From a virus (lineage: Duplodnaviria > Caudoviricetes): DNA of 54,189 bases. The notes beneath the pieces were generated by a model, which did no database searches, was not told where the DNA came from, and worked only from the letters and a program-made list of their open reading frames with translations. Within the stretch, counting starts at the first letter, position 1. Each line of letters starts with the position of its first letter. A program made the translations under genes and the position numbers. Shown here piece after piece: positions 53,495-54,189 of this stretch. The stretch lies in the IMG/VR virus record IMGVR_UViG_3300020335_000006, positions 1 through 54,189 of that record; one strand, written 5' to 3'.

Positions 53495-54007
53495 ATGAAG
53501 AAGATACACACATACGAACAATTTCTATTAGAAAATGTTTACGCTATCAATGAAATTGGTGACGCATCTGCTAAACCATATAAATGGGAAGCTCTTCCAA
53601 AGAGTAAGATGAAAATAGGAGAAGGACATTCTTACTTCTATAAATTCACCACAGACAATGGAATAGAGTATGATGCTGAATTCTACTACTCGGTTATTGA
53701 TGGTAAAAAAGGAAAATTACTTTATCTATTTGAGTTTGCACCATCGGATGCTTTTGATGGCGGTGATGATGGTAACCCACTAATCACCGGTGAAGGTGCA
53801 CCACTTCGTATAATGTCTACTATCGTTCAGATTCTAAAAGACTTTATCGATAAAAACCCAACAACAGCCATTGAATATTCAGCAGGAAAGAATTTTAGCG
53901 GAGATGCAAGACGTGCTAAATTTTATATGGCCTATATAAAGAAGTTACTACCTTCTAATTATAAAGTTACATCTAAGGGAGACGATGTTCTTATTCAGCC
54001 TAAATAA
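53495..54007 (+). CDS. Putative internal head protein of unknown function
   Basis: MKKIHTYEQFLLE N-term; GATATATA at 53482. Confidence 0.65.
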   Translation: MKKIHTYEQFLLENVYAINEIGDASAKPYKWEALPKSKMKIGEGHSYFYKFTTDNGIEYDAEFYYSVIDGKKGKLLYLFEFAPSDAFDGGDDGNPLITGEGAPLRIMSTIVQILKDFIDKNPTTAIEYSAGKNFSGDARRAKFYMAYIKKLLPSNYKVTSKGDDVLIQPK

Positions 54008-54030
54008 TTAACAGATTAAACTTTTGCAAA

Positions 54031-54077
54031 AAAGTTGCCATTTAATTTTTATTTGTCACCGTAATTGCTTATATTTA
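54031..54077 (+). promoter_or_regulatory. Degenerate class I promoter module
   Basis: AAAGTTGC...TTTTT...TCA...TTGCTTATATTTA. Confidence 0.5.
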
Positions 54078-54145
54078 TACTATAATTGAAACAAAGTCAA
54101 TTATTAAGATATAACCTTTAACACCAAAGAGAAATGAGTCGCAAA

Positions 54146-54189
54146 AAAGTTGCGTAAATATTTTTTTATATCAGATAAATTGTTTATAT
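54146..54189 (+). promoter_or_regulatory. Class I promoter module, truncated by window end
   Basis: AAAGTTGCGTAAATATTTTTTTATATCAGATAAATTGTTTATAT. Confidence 0.55.

Noticed and set aside
21495-54189. CRISPR array from the 32-bp repeats
   Set aside because: Copies are kilobases apart, separated by whole genes, and always sit just upstream of start codons; no cas genes
1-54189. Stop-codon reassignment, inteins, introns or a DGR
   Set aside because: Long genes are intact in code 11 with TAG and TGA used as stops; no suppressor tRNA, intein motifs, reverse transcriptase or template/variable repeat pair seen

Overview
AT-rich, densely coding fragment of a large T4-like (myovirus-type) phage genome using the standard code. 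The host is most likely Bacteroidota/Flavobacteriia, inferred from a T9SS type-B sorting domain protein, A-rich translation starts without Shine-Dalgarno sites and promoters resembling TAnnTTTG. About 1-36.7 kb is the core: PolB C-terminal part, UvsX, gp41 helicase, gp46/47, gp55 late sigma, gp2/gp4, portal, a fused prohead protease-scaffold, major capsid, clamp loader, RNase H, neck, terminase, sheath, tube, gp26/51-like genes and tape measure. About 36.7-54.2 kb is accessory: tRNAs and unexplained structured RNAs, PspC, thermonuclease, RmlC, a NEIL1-like glycosylase, an ECF-type sigma, apparently catalytically dead enzymes and a putative T9SS-secreted protein. The most notable signals are (i) three promoter classes whose placement implies a host sigma -> phage ECF sigma -> gp55 cascade, (ii) five late genes, including an HTH-AAA+ ATPase, carrying a T4-type capsid-targeting N-terminus, (iii) a phage-encoded T9SS cargo protein, and (iv) a tRNA-like RNA with apparently reordered arms plus several unassigned ncRNAs. 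All calls come from reading motifs by eye; no searches were run.
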